A DNA stretch of 21,974 nucleotides from Octopus sinensis (GCF_006345805.1 NW_021823618.1:1-21974); one strand, 5' to 3'. Shown: positions 1-9,790, counted from the first letter of the stretch. The notes: generated from the sequence alone by a model not told the origin. A program made the numbers and translations.

Positions 1-269
1 ACTTCTTGCCTAGAGCGAGCCCATAGCAATATCATATCTTCTCCACTATTCAGTATTATGTGTTAAAGTGAAACAAAAACATTTCTCTATTTTATGTCAG
101 ATACTTTCACTTTACAATAAAAATAATAATAACAATTGAATTATATGTAGTAAGCAATAATTAAAATCAAACTAAAGTATAATATAATCGTAACATAACA
201 GAAGTTCACTCTCTCCATCAAACCAGTTTTACCTGAACAGGTGGACGGTGAACCACCTGTCTAATATTG

Positions 270-744
270 ATTTGATCAAATTCGATGACTGGCATCCGTG
301 CTATTGGAGCACTAAGAGTACCATATGAGTGAGATCGTTGCCAGAGCAACAAGCTGGCCTCCGTGCTGATGGCACAAAAAAGCACCATTCAAGCGTGATT
401 ATTACCTCCGTCGCCTTACTGGCACTTGTGCTGGTGGCACCTGAAAAAACATTCGAGCGAGGTCATTGCCAGTGCCACTGGACTGGCTCCTGTGCAGGTG
501 GCACGTAAAAAGCACCATTTGAGCATGGCCGTTGCCAGTACTGCTTGACTGGCCCTCCTGCCGGTGGCACGTAAAAGCACCCACTACACTCTGAGTGGTT
601 GGCATAAGGAAGGGCATCCAGCTGTAGAAACTCTGCCAGATCAGACTGGAGCCTGGTGCATCCATCTGGTTCACCAGTCCTCAGTCAAATCGTCCAACCC
701 ATGCTAGCATGGAAAGCGGACGTTAAACAATGATGATGATGATG
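270..744 (+). mobile_element. 5'-truncated 3' UTR copy of an RTE-clade LINE with (GAT)n tail
   Basis: Diverged ~60-bp units with core GGTGGCACGTAAAAGCACC, then CCAACCCATGCTAGCATGGAAAGCGGACGTTAAAC and (GAT)n ending at 744. The same 3' end at 21321-21974 is joined to an RTE ORF C-terminus. Confidence 0.8.
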
Positions 745-861
745 CAGAGTGATGTGAAAGTAAGTGATTTTGCTGAAAAATTCAATGCACCATCCAGTCT
801 GAGAATTGAAACCGTGATCTTGCAATTGTGAGCGCAACACCCTAACCACTAAGCTATGTGC
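745..861 (-). mobile_element. tRNA-derived SINE head fragment (type D), truncated at the RTE tail
   Basis: Minus strand GCACATAGCTTAGTGGTTAGGG (A-box-like) ... GGTTTCAATTCTC (B-box-like). It stops at the (GAT)n tail of the neighbouring LINE copy. Confidence 0.55.
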
Positions 862-1129
862 AATACACACTCACCGACACATATACATACATGACAGACA
901 TCTTATTGATTCTGTCTATAGTATCCCCAGGGCTGTAGTAGTGCTGCACACTGGGACTCAATCCAAAACTTCTTGGATAGTAAACAAATTTCTAAGCTAC
1001 ACACAAATGCCTACATATACACACATATATACATACATACATATCTGTAATACGTTCCAGAAGTTTATAATTAAATATATATACAACTATGTGCAGGAGA
1101 ATACATACATAAAACAAAACATACAAATC

Positions 1130-1530
1130 TGCACAGGAGTGTCTTTGTGGTAAGTAGCTTGATTACCAACCACATGGTCCTGGGTTCAGTCCCACTGCGT
1201 GGCACCTTGGTCAAGTATTTTCTAATATAGCCTCAAGCCAACCAAAGCCTCGTGAGTGAATTTGGTAGATGGAAACTGAAAAGAAGCCCAACGTAAATTA
1301 TATGTGTATATATATTTGTGTGTGTATGTGTTTGTGTGTCTGTGTTTGTCCTTCTACTCAGTGGAACCTCTACTTAGTGGTTCCCCGTAACTTAGTGGTT
1401 CAGCAAAAGAGACTGATAGAATAAGTACTAGGCTTACAAAGAATAAGTCTTGGGGTCGATTTGCTCGACTAAAGGTGGTGCTCCAGCATGGTTGCAGTCA
1501 AATGACTGAAACAAGTAAAAGAGTAAAAAA
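1130..1530 (+). mobile_element. SINE A (tRNA head + CORE-like block + (TA)/(TG) linker + 3' module)
   Basis: Head GGAGTGTCTTTGTGGTAAG...GGGTTCAGTCCC, CORE-like CACCTTGGTCAAGT, linker, then GATAGAATAAGTACTAGG...AAACAAGTAAAAGAG tail. About 10 further copies lie in the window. Confidence 0.88.
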
Positions 1531-1550
1531 GTATACAAACAAACAAACAA

Positions 1551-1626
1551 AAATACCTTGTTGTTGATATTGAAATACCAATGAAATAGCCTTGGATCTA
1601 GGTTAGAAACTGGCCCTTTCTCTATT
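1551..1626 (+). repeat. Copy of ~110-bp microsatellite-associated unit E
   Basis: AAATACCTTGTTGTTGATATTGAAATACCAATGAAATAGCCTTGGATCTAGGTTAGAAAC matches the reverse complement of 14326-14433 and 14879-14986. Confidence 0.75.
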
Positions 1627-1627
1627 A

Positions 1628-1860
1628 TGTAGGGGTGGGGGCTGAAAAGTTCCTGGCTTCTGGTCAAAGAAAATACAGGAGAATCAGTTAATTATGATTT
1701 TATCCCACATATTCCCTTCTCAGATTCACACACTTATTGCAGTGGTCCTTCAGTTTTTCTAAGCCCTGTGAAAAGAACTCAGAAGGTGGGGCCTCCAAAC
1801 AGGCCTTTCACGATACCCTTAAAACCAGGAACTTTTCAGCACCTACCCTCCCCCCCGTAT
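1628..1860. mobile_element. Mariner-type MITE
   Basis: Perfect 16-bp inverted repeat GCTGAAAAGTTCCTGG (1641-1656) / CCAGGAACTTTTCAGC (1825-1840), G-rich/C-rich outer ends, TA context, no ORF. The TIR resembles that of the mariner remnant ending at 17274. Confidence 0.8.
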
Positions 1861-2219
1861 ATATATATAAGAGAAAGAGTGAAATACAGACTGACAGACA
1901 GACAAGGAGGTAGTATCAATACAGAAAACAGTTATTGTGTTCTATGCTTTATAAAACGTGTGTATTTGGCAAATTACCATCAAGATTACATCATTGATGT
2001 AATTACATTATCTTGTTAATCAACTGTTGAGTAAATAGAAATATTGTTATTTCTAAATCTCTGAACAAGAAACTTTCAGTAACAGGACTCTGGAGTAAAG
2101 ATTATTTGCCAACATAATGTGGCAGTCCTGATTAGGACAAATGTTATTGTTATTAGGACAAATGTTACTGTTACTGGAGACGATGTTTCCTAGGGCTGAA
2201 TAACAGTAACATTCATCCT

Positions 2220-2620
2220 AATTGTTTCATTTCTCAAATAAGATTAAAATTACAAAAAAATATATAAAAATATACTTTTGCCTTATAAGGAAAATCATCA
2301 CAATTTTAACCCTATATATATTTAATTTTAATCTTATTTGAGAAATGAAACAATTGTTGGTAAAATGTTGATTAATTAATTAATTAATTTGTATCATTTC
2401 TCAAATAAGATTAAAATTACAAAAAATATATAAAAATATACTTTTGCCTTATAAGGAAAATCATCACAATTTTAGCCCTATATATATTTAATTTTAATCT
2501 TATTTGAGAAATGAAACAATTGTTGGTAAAATGTTGATTAATTAATTAATTTGTATCATTTCTCAAATAAGATTAAAATTGCAAAATACATATAGGGTTA
2601 AAATTGTGACTGTTTTCTAG
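2220..2620. repeat. AT-rich tandem duplication (~165-bp period) built from inverted arms
   Basis: TCATTTCTCAAATAAGATTAAAATT starts at 2227, 2394 and 2556. Perfect 33-bp inverted repeat at 2220-2252 / 2323-2355. Confidence 0.85.
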
Positions 2621-2652
2621 TTCAATAATAATGTTTGATGGTTTATAAGTTT

Positions 2653-3062
2653 AATACCTCTGCCAAGAAAGGAGGTTATGTTTTCATTGGCGTTGGTTTG
2701 TCCTCCTGTCCTTCTTTGTGCAAAATAACTCAAAAAGTTGTGAACAGTATTTGATGAAACTTGCAGGAAAAGTTGGGTAAGGACACAAGGAACAGATGAT
2801 GAAATTTTGGTAGTGATCTGGGAATTTTTATGGATTCTTGAAGGATTTTTCATTTGTTGTATTTACTTTACATGAAGTATTATAATGTTACGTTCTTTGA
2901 TTATCTCCCTTGAAAACACGTTCATCGTTTCCACATAACCTATGGTGGTGTTGCTGTTTCCAAAGTTTATTTTCATTTCTCTATTAGTAATTTTACTCGA
3001 GTATCTATCTTTAAATGAGCTGCTTGGCTGGGGTCTGCGCTCTCTGAGTGCTTTTCTTGTTT
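2653..3062 (+). mobile_element. Non-autonomous Helentron-type element (HINE/DINE-1-like)
   Basis: Subterminal inverted repeat ACCTCTGCCAAG (2656-2667) / CTTGGCTGGGGT (3023-3034, 10/12 match), followed by a short 3' hairpin GCGCTC-TCT-GAGTGC and a T-rich end. This is the established HINE layout. Confidence 0.65.
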
Positions 3063-3271
3063 ATATAATATATTCATTGAAGGATTATCCCTTCAAAATT
3101 TAATAGATTAACCAAGTGCATCTTGGATAAATATCCCCATAAGAGGTTTGAATATCCTTATTGTGACTATATATATATGTGTATGTGTGTGTGCGTGTGT
3201 ATACACACACACACACAGATTGGATGGATTGATGGACAAACAGACAGACTGATTAATCGATAGATAGAATA

Positions 3272-4050
3272 TTCTTTTCTACTCTAGGTACAAGGCCCGA
3301 AATTTTGAAAGTTAGATCAACACCAGTACGCAATTGGTACTTAATTTATTGACCCCAAAAGGATGAAAGGCAAAGTCGACCTTGGCAGAATTTGAACTCA
3401 GAACATAAAGACAGACGAAATACCGCTAAGCATTTTGCCCAGCCTGCTAACGTTTCTTATTTCTTTATTGCCTACAAGGGACTAAACATAGAGGGGACAA
3501 ACATGGACAGACAAAGGGATTAAGTCGATTACATTGACTCCAGTGCATAAATGGTACCTAATTTATCGACCCCGAAAGGATGAAAGGCAAAGTCGACCTT
3601 GGTGGAATTTTGAACTCAGAATGTAAAGACAGACGAAATACCTATTTCTTTACTACCCACAAGGGGTTAAACACAGAGAGGACAAACAAGGACAGACAAA
3701 CGGATTAAGTTGATTATATTGACCTCTGTGCGTAACTGGTACTTATTTAATTGACTCCAAAAGGATGAAAGACCTCGGTGGGATTTGAATTCAGAACATA
3801 ACGGCAGACGAAATACCTATTTCTTTACTACCCACAAGGGGCTACACACAGAGGGAACAAACAAGGACTGACAAATGGATTAAATCGATTATATCGATCC
3901 CAATGCATAACTGGTACTTATTTAATCGACCCCAAAAGGATGAAAGGCAAAGTCGACCTCGGCAAAAATTGAACTCACAACGTAACGGCAGACGAAATAC
4001 CGCTCGGCATTTCGCCCGACATGCTAATGATTCTGCCAGCTCGCCACCTT
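3272..4050 (-). mobile_element. SINE B tetramer (one full head plus three head-truncated units)
   Basis: Minus-strand head AAGGTGGCGAGCTGGCAGAATC, B-box-like GAGTTCAA, body GCCTTTCATCCTTT.GGGGTCGAT. Junctions near 3455, 3642 and 3817. Confidence 0.88.
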
Positions 4051-4179
4051 AGATAGATAGAATATTACATAAAGAGAGAGGGGAAATAAATAGATTGGTA
4101 GAGAGATAGATACTTACATACACAGACAGACAGTATGCTTTATAAAGTGGTTATCAAATAGGCTTTCTTTACCCCTCTC

Positions 4180-4354
4180 ATCTTTGTCTTACTCTTTCTT
4201 TCTTTCCTTCACTCTCTTCCTTTCCCTCTGTATCTTTCATTGTCTCTCCTTCCCTTTCTTTCTTTCCTCTCCTCTCACTTTCTCTCTTTGTCTTTCCTTT
4301 ACTCTGTCAGTTTTTTTTTGCTGTCTCTGTCTTACTCTCTCATTCTCTGTCTGC

Positions 4355-4388
<34 letters not shown>

Positions 4389-5500
4389 TTCTCTCTCTTT
4401 CTCTTTCGCTCTCTCTCGCTCTCTCTCTCTCACTCTCTCTCTCTCTCTCTCTCTCTCTCGATCTATTTCATTCTGTCAGGCATTCTATCTTTATCTTACT
4501 CCCTCTCTCATGTTCAATCTCTCTCACTCTACCCTCTTTCTCTCTTTCATACTCAATCTTTCTCCCTCCCTCCTTTTTTCTCTTACACAATCTCTCAAAC
4601 TATGCTTTCTATCTCTCATCCTCTCTGTTCTCTCTCCTCCTCCCCCTTGATCCATCCTCTCCTTTGTTTTTCTTCTCTGTCTCTCCTACATTTCCCCTCT
4701 TTCACACCTCTCTCTCATACTCAAGCTCTCTCACCCTCTCTTTCTCCCTCTCTCTATCTCTGTCTCTCACCATCTCTTTCTTCTCTCTCCTTCTCTCTTG
4801 CTCCCTTGTTTCATCCTCTCCTTTCTCCCTCCCTCCCTCTTTCTCATGCACAATCTGTCAAACTGTGCCTTCTATCTCTCACCCTCTCTTTTCTCTCTCC
4901 GTCTCCCCCTTGATTCATCCTCTCTTTCGTTTTTCCTCTCTGTCTCTCCTTCTCTCTACATTTCCCCTCTTTCACACCTCTCTCTCATAATCTATCCCCC
5001 TCTCTATCTCTATCTCTTACCCTCTCTTTCCCATCTCTCCTCTCATGCGCCCTTGAGTCATCCTCTCCTTTCTCCCTCTCTCCATCTCTCTACATCACCC
5101 CTCTAGCTCTCCTCTCTCTCATCCTCAATCTCTCTCACCCTCTCTTTCTCCCTCTCTCTATCTCTGTCCCTCACCCTCTCTTTCCCATCTCTCCTCTCAC
5201 GCTCCACTGATACATCTCCTTTCTCCCCCCCACGCTGTCTCTCTACATCACCCCTCTAGCTCTCCTCTCTCTCATACTCAATCTCTCTCACCCTCTCTTT
5301 CCCATCTCTCCTCTCACGCTCCACTGATTCATCTTCTCTTTCTCCCTCCCTCTGTCTCTCTACATCACCCCCTCTCTCTCATACTCAATCTCTCTCACCC
5401 TCTATTTTTCCTTCCCTCTATCTCTCTGCCTCTCACCCACTCCCTCTCTCTTCCCCCTCTCTTTCTCCCTCCCCCTCTCTATCTTTTTCTCCCCTCTCAC
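4180..5500. repeat. ~1.3-kb CT-rich polypyrimidine tract with internal duplications
   Basis: Almost no purines on the plus strand. Blocks such as CACAATCT.TCAAACT.TGC recur near 4586 and 4850, and CTACATCACC recurs several times. A (CAC)n run follows to ~5541. Confidence 0.9.
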
Positions 5501-5560
5501 TCACAGTCCACCACTACCAACACCACCACCACCACCACCATTAGTCAGTTCAAGAATTAC

Positions 5561-5930
5561 CATTCCTTCCTTGCTATGAACAAAACAATCCAGTCTTCAG
5601 GCCTTCAAGACTTTCATTAAATTAATTCCAATCAGGACGATTCCAGCCAAAAACAAAATCATTTGAAGAACTTTTCTGTAGAACCTTTGATAAATTCGAT
5701 AAGACGAGTCAAGCCGTCTTTACATCTCCGGCCAAAATATTCAACCGTCGTTAGGAGACGACGTCCAATGTCGGTCAGATGAATGGACACATTGTCCAAT
5801 TTGATCACAAGACTCCCTCAAGTGAATCGCTACGCTTCGGTGAACTTGAATGAAGCAATCAGCAAACGAATGTGAAAAGTCCGATGAAAATGTAGACGAA
5901 TGTTTTGTTTAAAATGGCGTCCGGCGAGTA
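5561..5930 (-). other. Probable first exon (5' UTR with uORFs, ending in ATG|GT) of an unidentified minus-strand gene
   Basis: Unique CpG-retaining island between microsatellites, CGCCATTTT near its 5' end, and GGAAGGAATG|GTAATT with ATG at 5563-5561 and donor GT at 5560-5559. No downstream exon was identified in the window. Confidence 0.42.
5911..5919. promoter_or_regulatory. YY1-type motif AAAATGGCG / CGCCATTTT
   Basis: Exact match to the AANATGGCG consensus, which commonly lies just downstream of animal transcription start sites. Confidence 0.45.
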
Positions 5931-5934
5931 GACA

Positions 5935-6196
5935 GATATATATATGTGTATATATAGATATGTATATATGCATATATATATATATACATATACAGATATA
6001 TATATGTGTATATATATATATGCATATATACATATATATACAGATATATATATGTATATATATATATGTTGTTTATGCTATGCATATATATATATATATA
6101 CACACACATATATATATATATATACACACACACCATATATATGAATGTCTGTATGTATATGTACATGTAAATATATTTACAAATATATATATATAT

Positions 6197-6237
<41 letters not shown>

Positions 6238-6262
6238 TACATACAGACATATATATATACAT

Positions 6263-6293
<31 letters not shown>

Positions 6294-6531
6294 CATACAT
6301 ACACACACACACACATATATTTCATGTTTATACACATACACATACAGATATAAATATGTCTATGTATATGTATAAATATATATATATATAATATATATAT
6401 ATATATATTCACACATATACATATATATACACACATCTACAAGTACATATATATATATATATACATATTGTATATGTACATATATATACACACATATATA
6501 CATACACACATTATGTACCTATATGTATAAG

Positions 6532-6562
<31 letters not shown>

Positions 6563-6614
6563 ACATATATAAATATATACATTTATCAAAATATATATAT
6601 GTGTATTTATGCAT

Positions 6615-6651
<37 letters not shown>

Positions 6652-6690
6652 TGTATGTATGTATGTATATATATATACACACGCACACCC
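5935..6690. repeat. Compound (TA)n/(CA)n/(TATG)n microsatellite
   Basis: Directly visible; produces the Y/I/H/V/C-rich ORFs in the ORF track. Confidence 0.95.
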
Positions 6691-6920
6691 ATTCTGTGTC
6701 TTTTGCAGCCAGGGACATTGTATATAAGCCATTATTGAACACACTGGTGGAACCTGTGTTACTCTTGGATAAAATTAATACTTTTTCTTTGCCTGTTTTG
6801 TTAGCGAAACAAAGAATCTCGCGGCCCAAAGTTCAGAGTCTTTGACATTGTTTAATAGCGTTAGACAGGCGCCAGAAGAAGAACAAGGACTTTCTCTCTC
6901 CACCTGATTCTTCTATTGTG

Positions 6921-7262
6921 TAATGGTGGTGGAGGTGGCAGCGGCGGTGATGGTGGTGGTGGTGGTGATAGTAGTGGTGGTGATGGTGATGGTGGTAGTG
7001 GTGGTGATTATGGTGGTGGTGGTGGAGATAGTGGTGGTGGTTGTGGTCATGTCTGTGGTAGTGGTGGTGATTATGGTGGTGGTGGTGGTAGTTGTGGTGG
7101 TGATGGCAGTGATATTAGTGGTTGCAGTGGTGGGGGCAGTGGTATTGGTGGCGGTGGTGTTTGTGGTGGGGGTGGCTGTGGGTGGTGGTTGAGATAGTGG
7201 TGGTGGTTGTGATTGTGGTGGTGGTGGTGCTGCTGCTGATTGTGGTGGTGATGGTGGTGATT
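6921..7262. repeat. Degenerate (GGT)n trinucleotide repeat
   Basis: Directly visible; gives Gly-rich and Val-rich ORFs in different frames. Confidence 0.85.
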
Positions 7263-7364
7263 AGGAGCACAGAACGATTTGACACAGGTGCAAGGTCATA
7301 GTAAAAATAGATTGAGACACACAGACAGATAAACAGACAGACATGCAGGCTGACAGATTAGCAG

Positions 7365-7407
<43 letters not shown>

Positions 7408-7507
7408 GAACTAGTATGTTTCCATAACTTAGCAGTTCATCAAAAAAGATGATAGCATTAGTACCTGCCTATAAGAATAATAAATCAATTTGTTTGTCTA
7501 AAACCAA

Positions 7508-7700
7508 GGTGTAGGTGTGGCTGTGTGGTAAGTAGCTTGCTTACCAACCATATGGTTCTGGGTTCAGTCCCACTGCATGGCACCTTGGGCAAGTGTCTTC
7601 TACTATAGCCTCAGGCCGACCAAAGCCTTGTGAGTGGATTTGGTAGATGGAAACTGAAAGAAGCCTGTTGTGTGTGTTGTGTGTATATATATAATATATA
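7508..7700 (+). mobile_element. SINE A 5' half (head + CORE-like block), ending in the linker
   Basis: GGTGTAGGTGTGGCTGTGTGGTAAG...GAAACTGAAAGAAGCC followed by TG/TA repeat. Confidence 0.85.
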
Positions 7701-7719
7701 TCTTTAGGTGCAAGTGTAG

Positions 7720-8444
7720 GGCTCAGGCGTGGCTGTGTGGTAAGAAGTTTGGTTCCTGACCATATGGTTCCGGGTTCAATCCGACTGCATGGTACCTTGG
7801 GCAAGAGTCTTCTATTATAGCCCTGGGCCAACCAAAGTTTTGTGAGTGGATGTAGCAGATGGAAACTGAAAGAAACCTGTCAGATATATATATATATATA
7901 CATAATTTACAAAATAAGGGCAAAAGAAAAATTCTAATGCCAAATATGCTGGAAAAAAGACAAAAATTGTCAATAACCATTATAATTTATGCATCTCGAA
8001 GACGCATAAATTATAATGGTTATTGACAATTTTGTCTTTTTTTCGGCATATTTGGCATTAGAATTTTTCTTTTGCCCTTATTTTGTAAATTATTTATAAA
8101 TTTAACCTTTAAAGGTATTTTTTGATATGCTAGCGATTGATAAAATTTTTTTCTGGAAAAAAATTTTATCCTACATTAGTTATATATATATATATATATG
8201 TGTGGTGTGTGTGTGTATGTATGTATATTTGTGTGTTTGTGTCTGTGTTTGTCCCCCCACCAGTGCTTGACAACTGACATTGGTGTGTTTATGTCCTCAT
8301 AACTTAGCAGTTCAGCAAAAGAGTCTGATAGAAAAAGTACTGGGCATACAAAGAATAAGTCCTCAGGTAAATTTCTTCAGCTGAAACTCCATAAGGTGGT
8401 GCTCTAGCATGACCACAGTCAAATGAGTGAAACAAATAAAAGAA
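7720..8444 (+). mobile_element. SINE A copy interrupted by a ~280-bp insertion in its (TA)n linker
   Basis: Head at 7720-7880, foreign sequence at 7901-8180, 3' module resuming at ~8200 and ending AAACAAATAAAAGA. Confidence 0.85.
7902..8093. repeat. Near-perfect long palindrome (95/94-bp arms, 3-nt loop)
   Basis: Arms at 7902-7996 and 8000-8093. The outer 48 bp are perfect; the inner part has three mismatches and a 1-nt indel. Confidence 0.95.
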
Positions 8445-9017
8445 CTTTTAAAAATATATATATTACACACACACACATACACGCACACACACATACACAC
8501 ACATATATATATTCCTGGTGAAAGCCAGTATATTGGTTTACCCTGGGTTTCCTGTCCACAAAGGGTTTTAACTTTTTGGCATTTCATCAGACCCCCAAGA
8601 TATGTTGTCTTATGACCTCTTTTAAATATGGAAACATACATACATATATGTGTGTGTATGTATGTGTGTGTGGAGAGAGACAGACAGACAGATGAGATAT
8701 ATACATATATACACACATGCACAAACACATAAATAGTAAGATATGTGTCTGACACTCTCTCTCTCCCTATATATATATATATATATATACTAAGTAATTA
8801 AGGGTTTAGCAACGATTTACCTCACCACACACCGAATTTAGAAATAGCTGTCAAAGAGTTTTGGCTATTCTTTCTACTTAAAAGGAGATCCCAGTAAAAC
8901 CACAGCACTTAAAAGGCAAACAACGCAGGCAAAAGAGAAAGAAATGAAGATAATCATTCTACATTAAGTCACCTACGGACGTACGTTTCGGAATTAAGCC
9001 ATATATATACATATATA

Positions 9018-9298
9018 TCACCGTGACACTGACCAGGCTATCAGATGTTGCTACACATCGCTGGTTACAATGCGCTTTGCATTGTTTTAGCCTTCAAATG
9101 ACGCCAGCGAGCAGGCCAACAGAAGAAAGAGTGAGAAAAAGTTGTGGCGAGAGTGTACAGCAGGGATCGCCACCACCCCTTGCCGGAGCCTCGTGGAGCT
9201 TTAGGTGTTTCCACTCAATAAACGCCCAGTCTGGGAATCGAAACCAATATCCAACAACCGCAAGTCCACTGCCCTAACCACTGGGACATTGCGCCTCC
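9018..9298 (-). mobile_element. tRNA-derived SINE C
   Basis: Minus strand GGAGGCGCAATGTCCCAGTGGTTAGGGCAGTGGACTTGCGG...GGTTTCGATTCCC (A and B boxes, tRNA-Arg-like loop), followed by a tRNA-unrelated body. Confidence 0.75.
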
Positions 9299-9308
9299 AC
9301 ATACATAC

Positions 9309-9340
<32 letters not shown>

Positions 9341-9342
9341 CC

Positions 9343-9727
9343 GTGGTAAGTAGCTTGCTTACCAACCACACGGTTCCGGGTTCAGTCCCACTGCGTGGCA
9401 CCTTGGGCAAGTGTCTTCTACTATAGCCTCGGGCTGACCAAAGCCTTGTGAGTTGATTTGGTAGACGGAAACTGAAAGAAGCCCGTCGTATATATATGTG
9501 TGTGTGTGTGTGTGTTTGTCCCCCCCCCCCAAACATCGCTTGACAACCAATGCTGGTGTGTTTACGTCCCCGTTACTTAGCGGTTCGGCAAAAGAGGCCG
9601 ATAGAATAAGTACTAGGCTTACAAAGAATAAGTCCTGGGGTCGATTTGCTTGACTAAGAAAGGCAGTGCTCCAGCATGGCCGCAGTCAAATGACTGAAAC
9701 AAGTAAAAGAGAGAGAGAGTAAAGAGT
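9343..9727 (+). mobile_element. SINE A, slightly 5'-truncated
   Basis: High similarity to the other SINE A copies; lies head-to-head with SINE C across a short microsatellite. Confidence 0.9.
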
Positions 9728-9790
9728 ATATATGCCATAATGTACGTGTGTGTCTAAGTATATGCCTATACTAAATATATGTGTGGGTGT

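Noticed and set aside
4184-5106. Long S/L/F/P-rich ORFs (up to 268 aa)
   Set aside because: Translations of the CT-rich tract, open in several frames because stop codons need purines.
5914-5931. Plus-strand AAAATGGCG as a strong start codon (MASGE)
   Set aside because: Followed by TAG after five codons with no good donor, and preceded by several upstream ATGs. Better explained as a YY1-type motif of a minus-strand transcript.
5909-6845. Many Y/I/H/C/V-rich ORFs on both strands (also at 14401-15516 and 17282-19171)
   Set aside because: Microsatellite translations with no protein signal.
6916-7197. Gly-rich ORF with repeated GGDYGGGGG, resembling a structural protein
   Set aside because: It has no ATG in that frame and no convincing splice sites, and the overlapping poly-Val frame is also open. 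Degenerate (GGT)n is the simpler explanation.
9225-9298. tRNA genes at the SINE heads
   Set aside because: A/B boxes are present but a proper cloverleaf is not evident, and each head continues into a SINE body.
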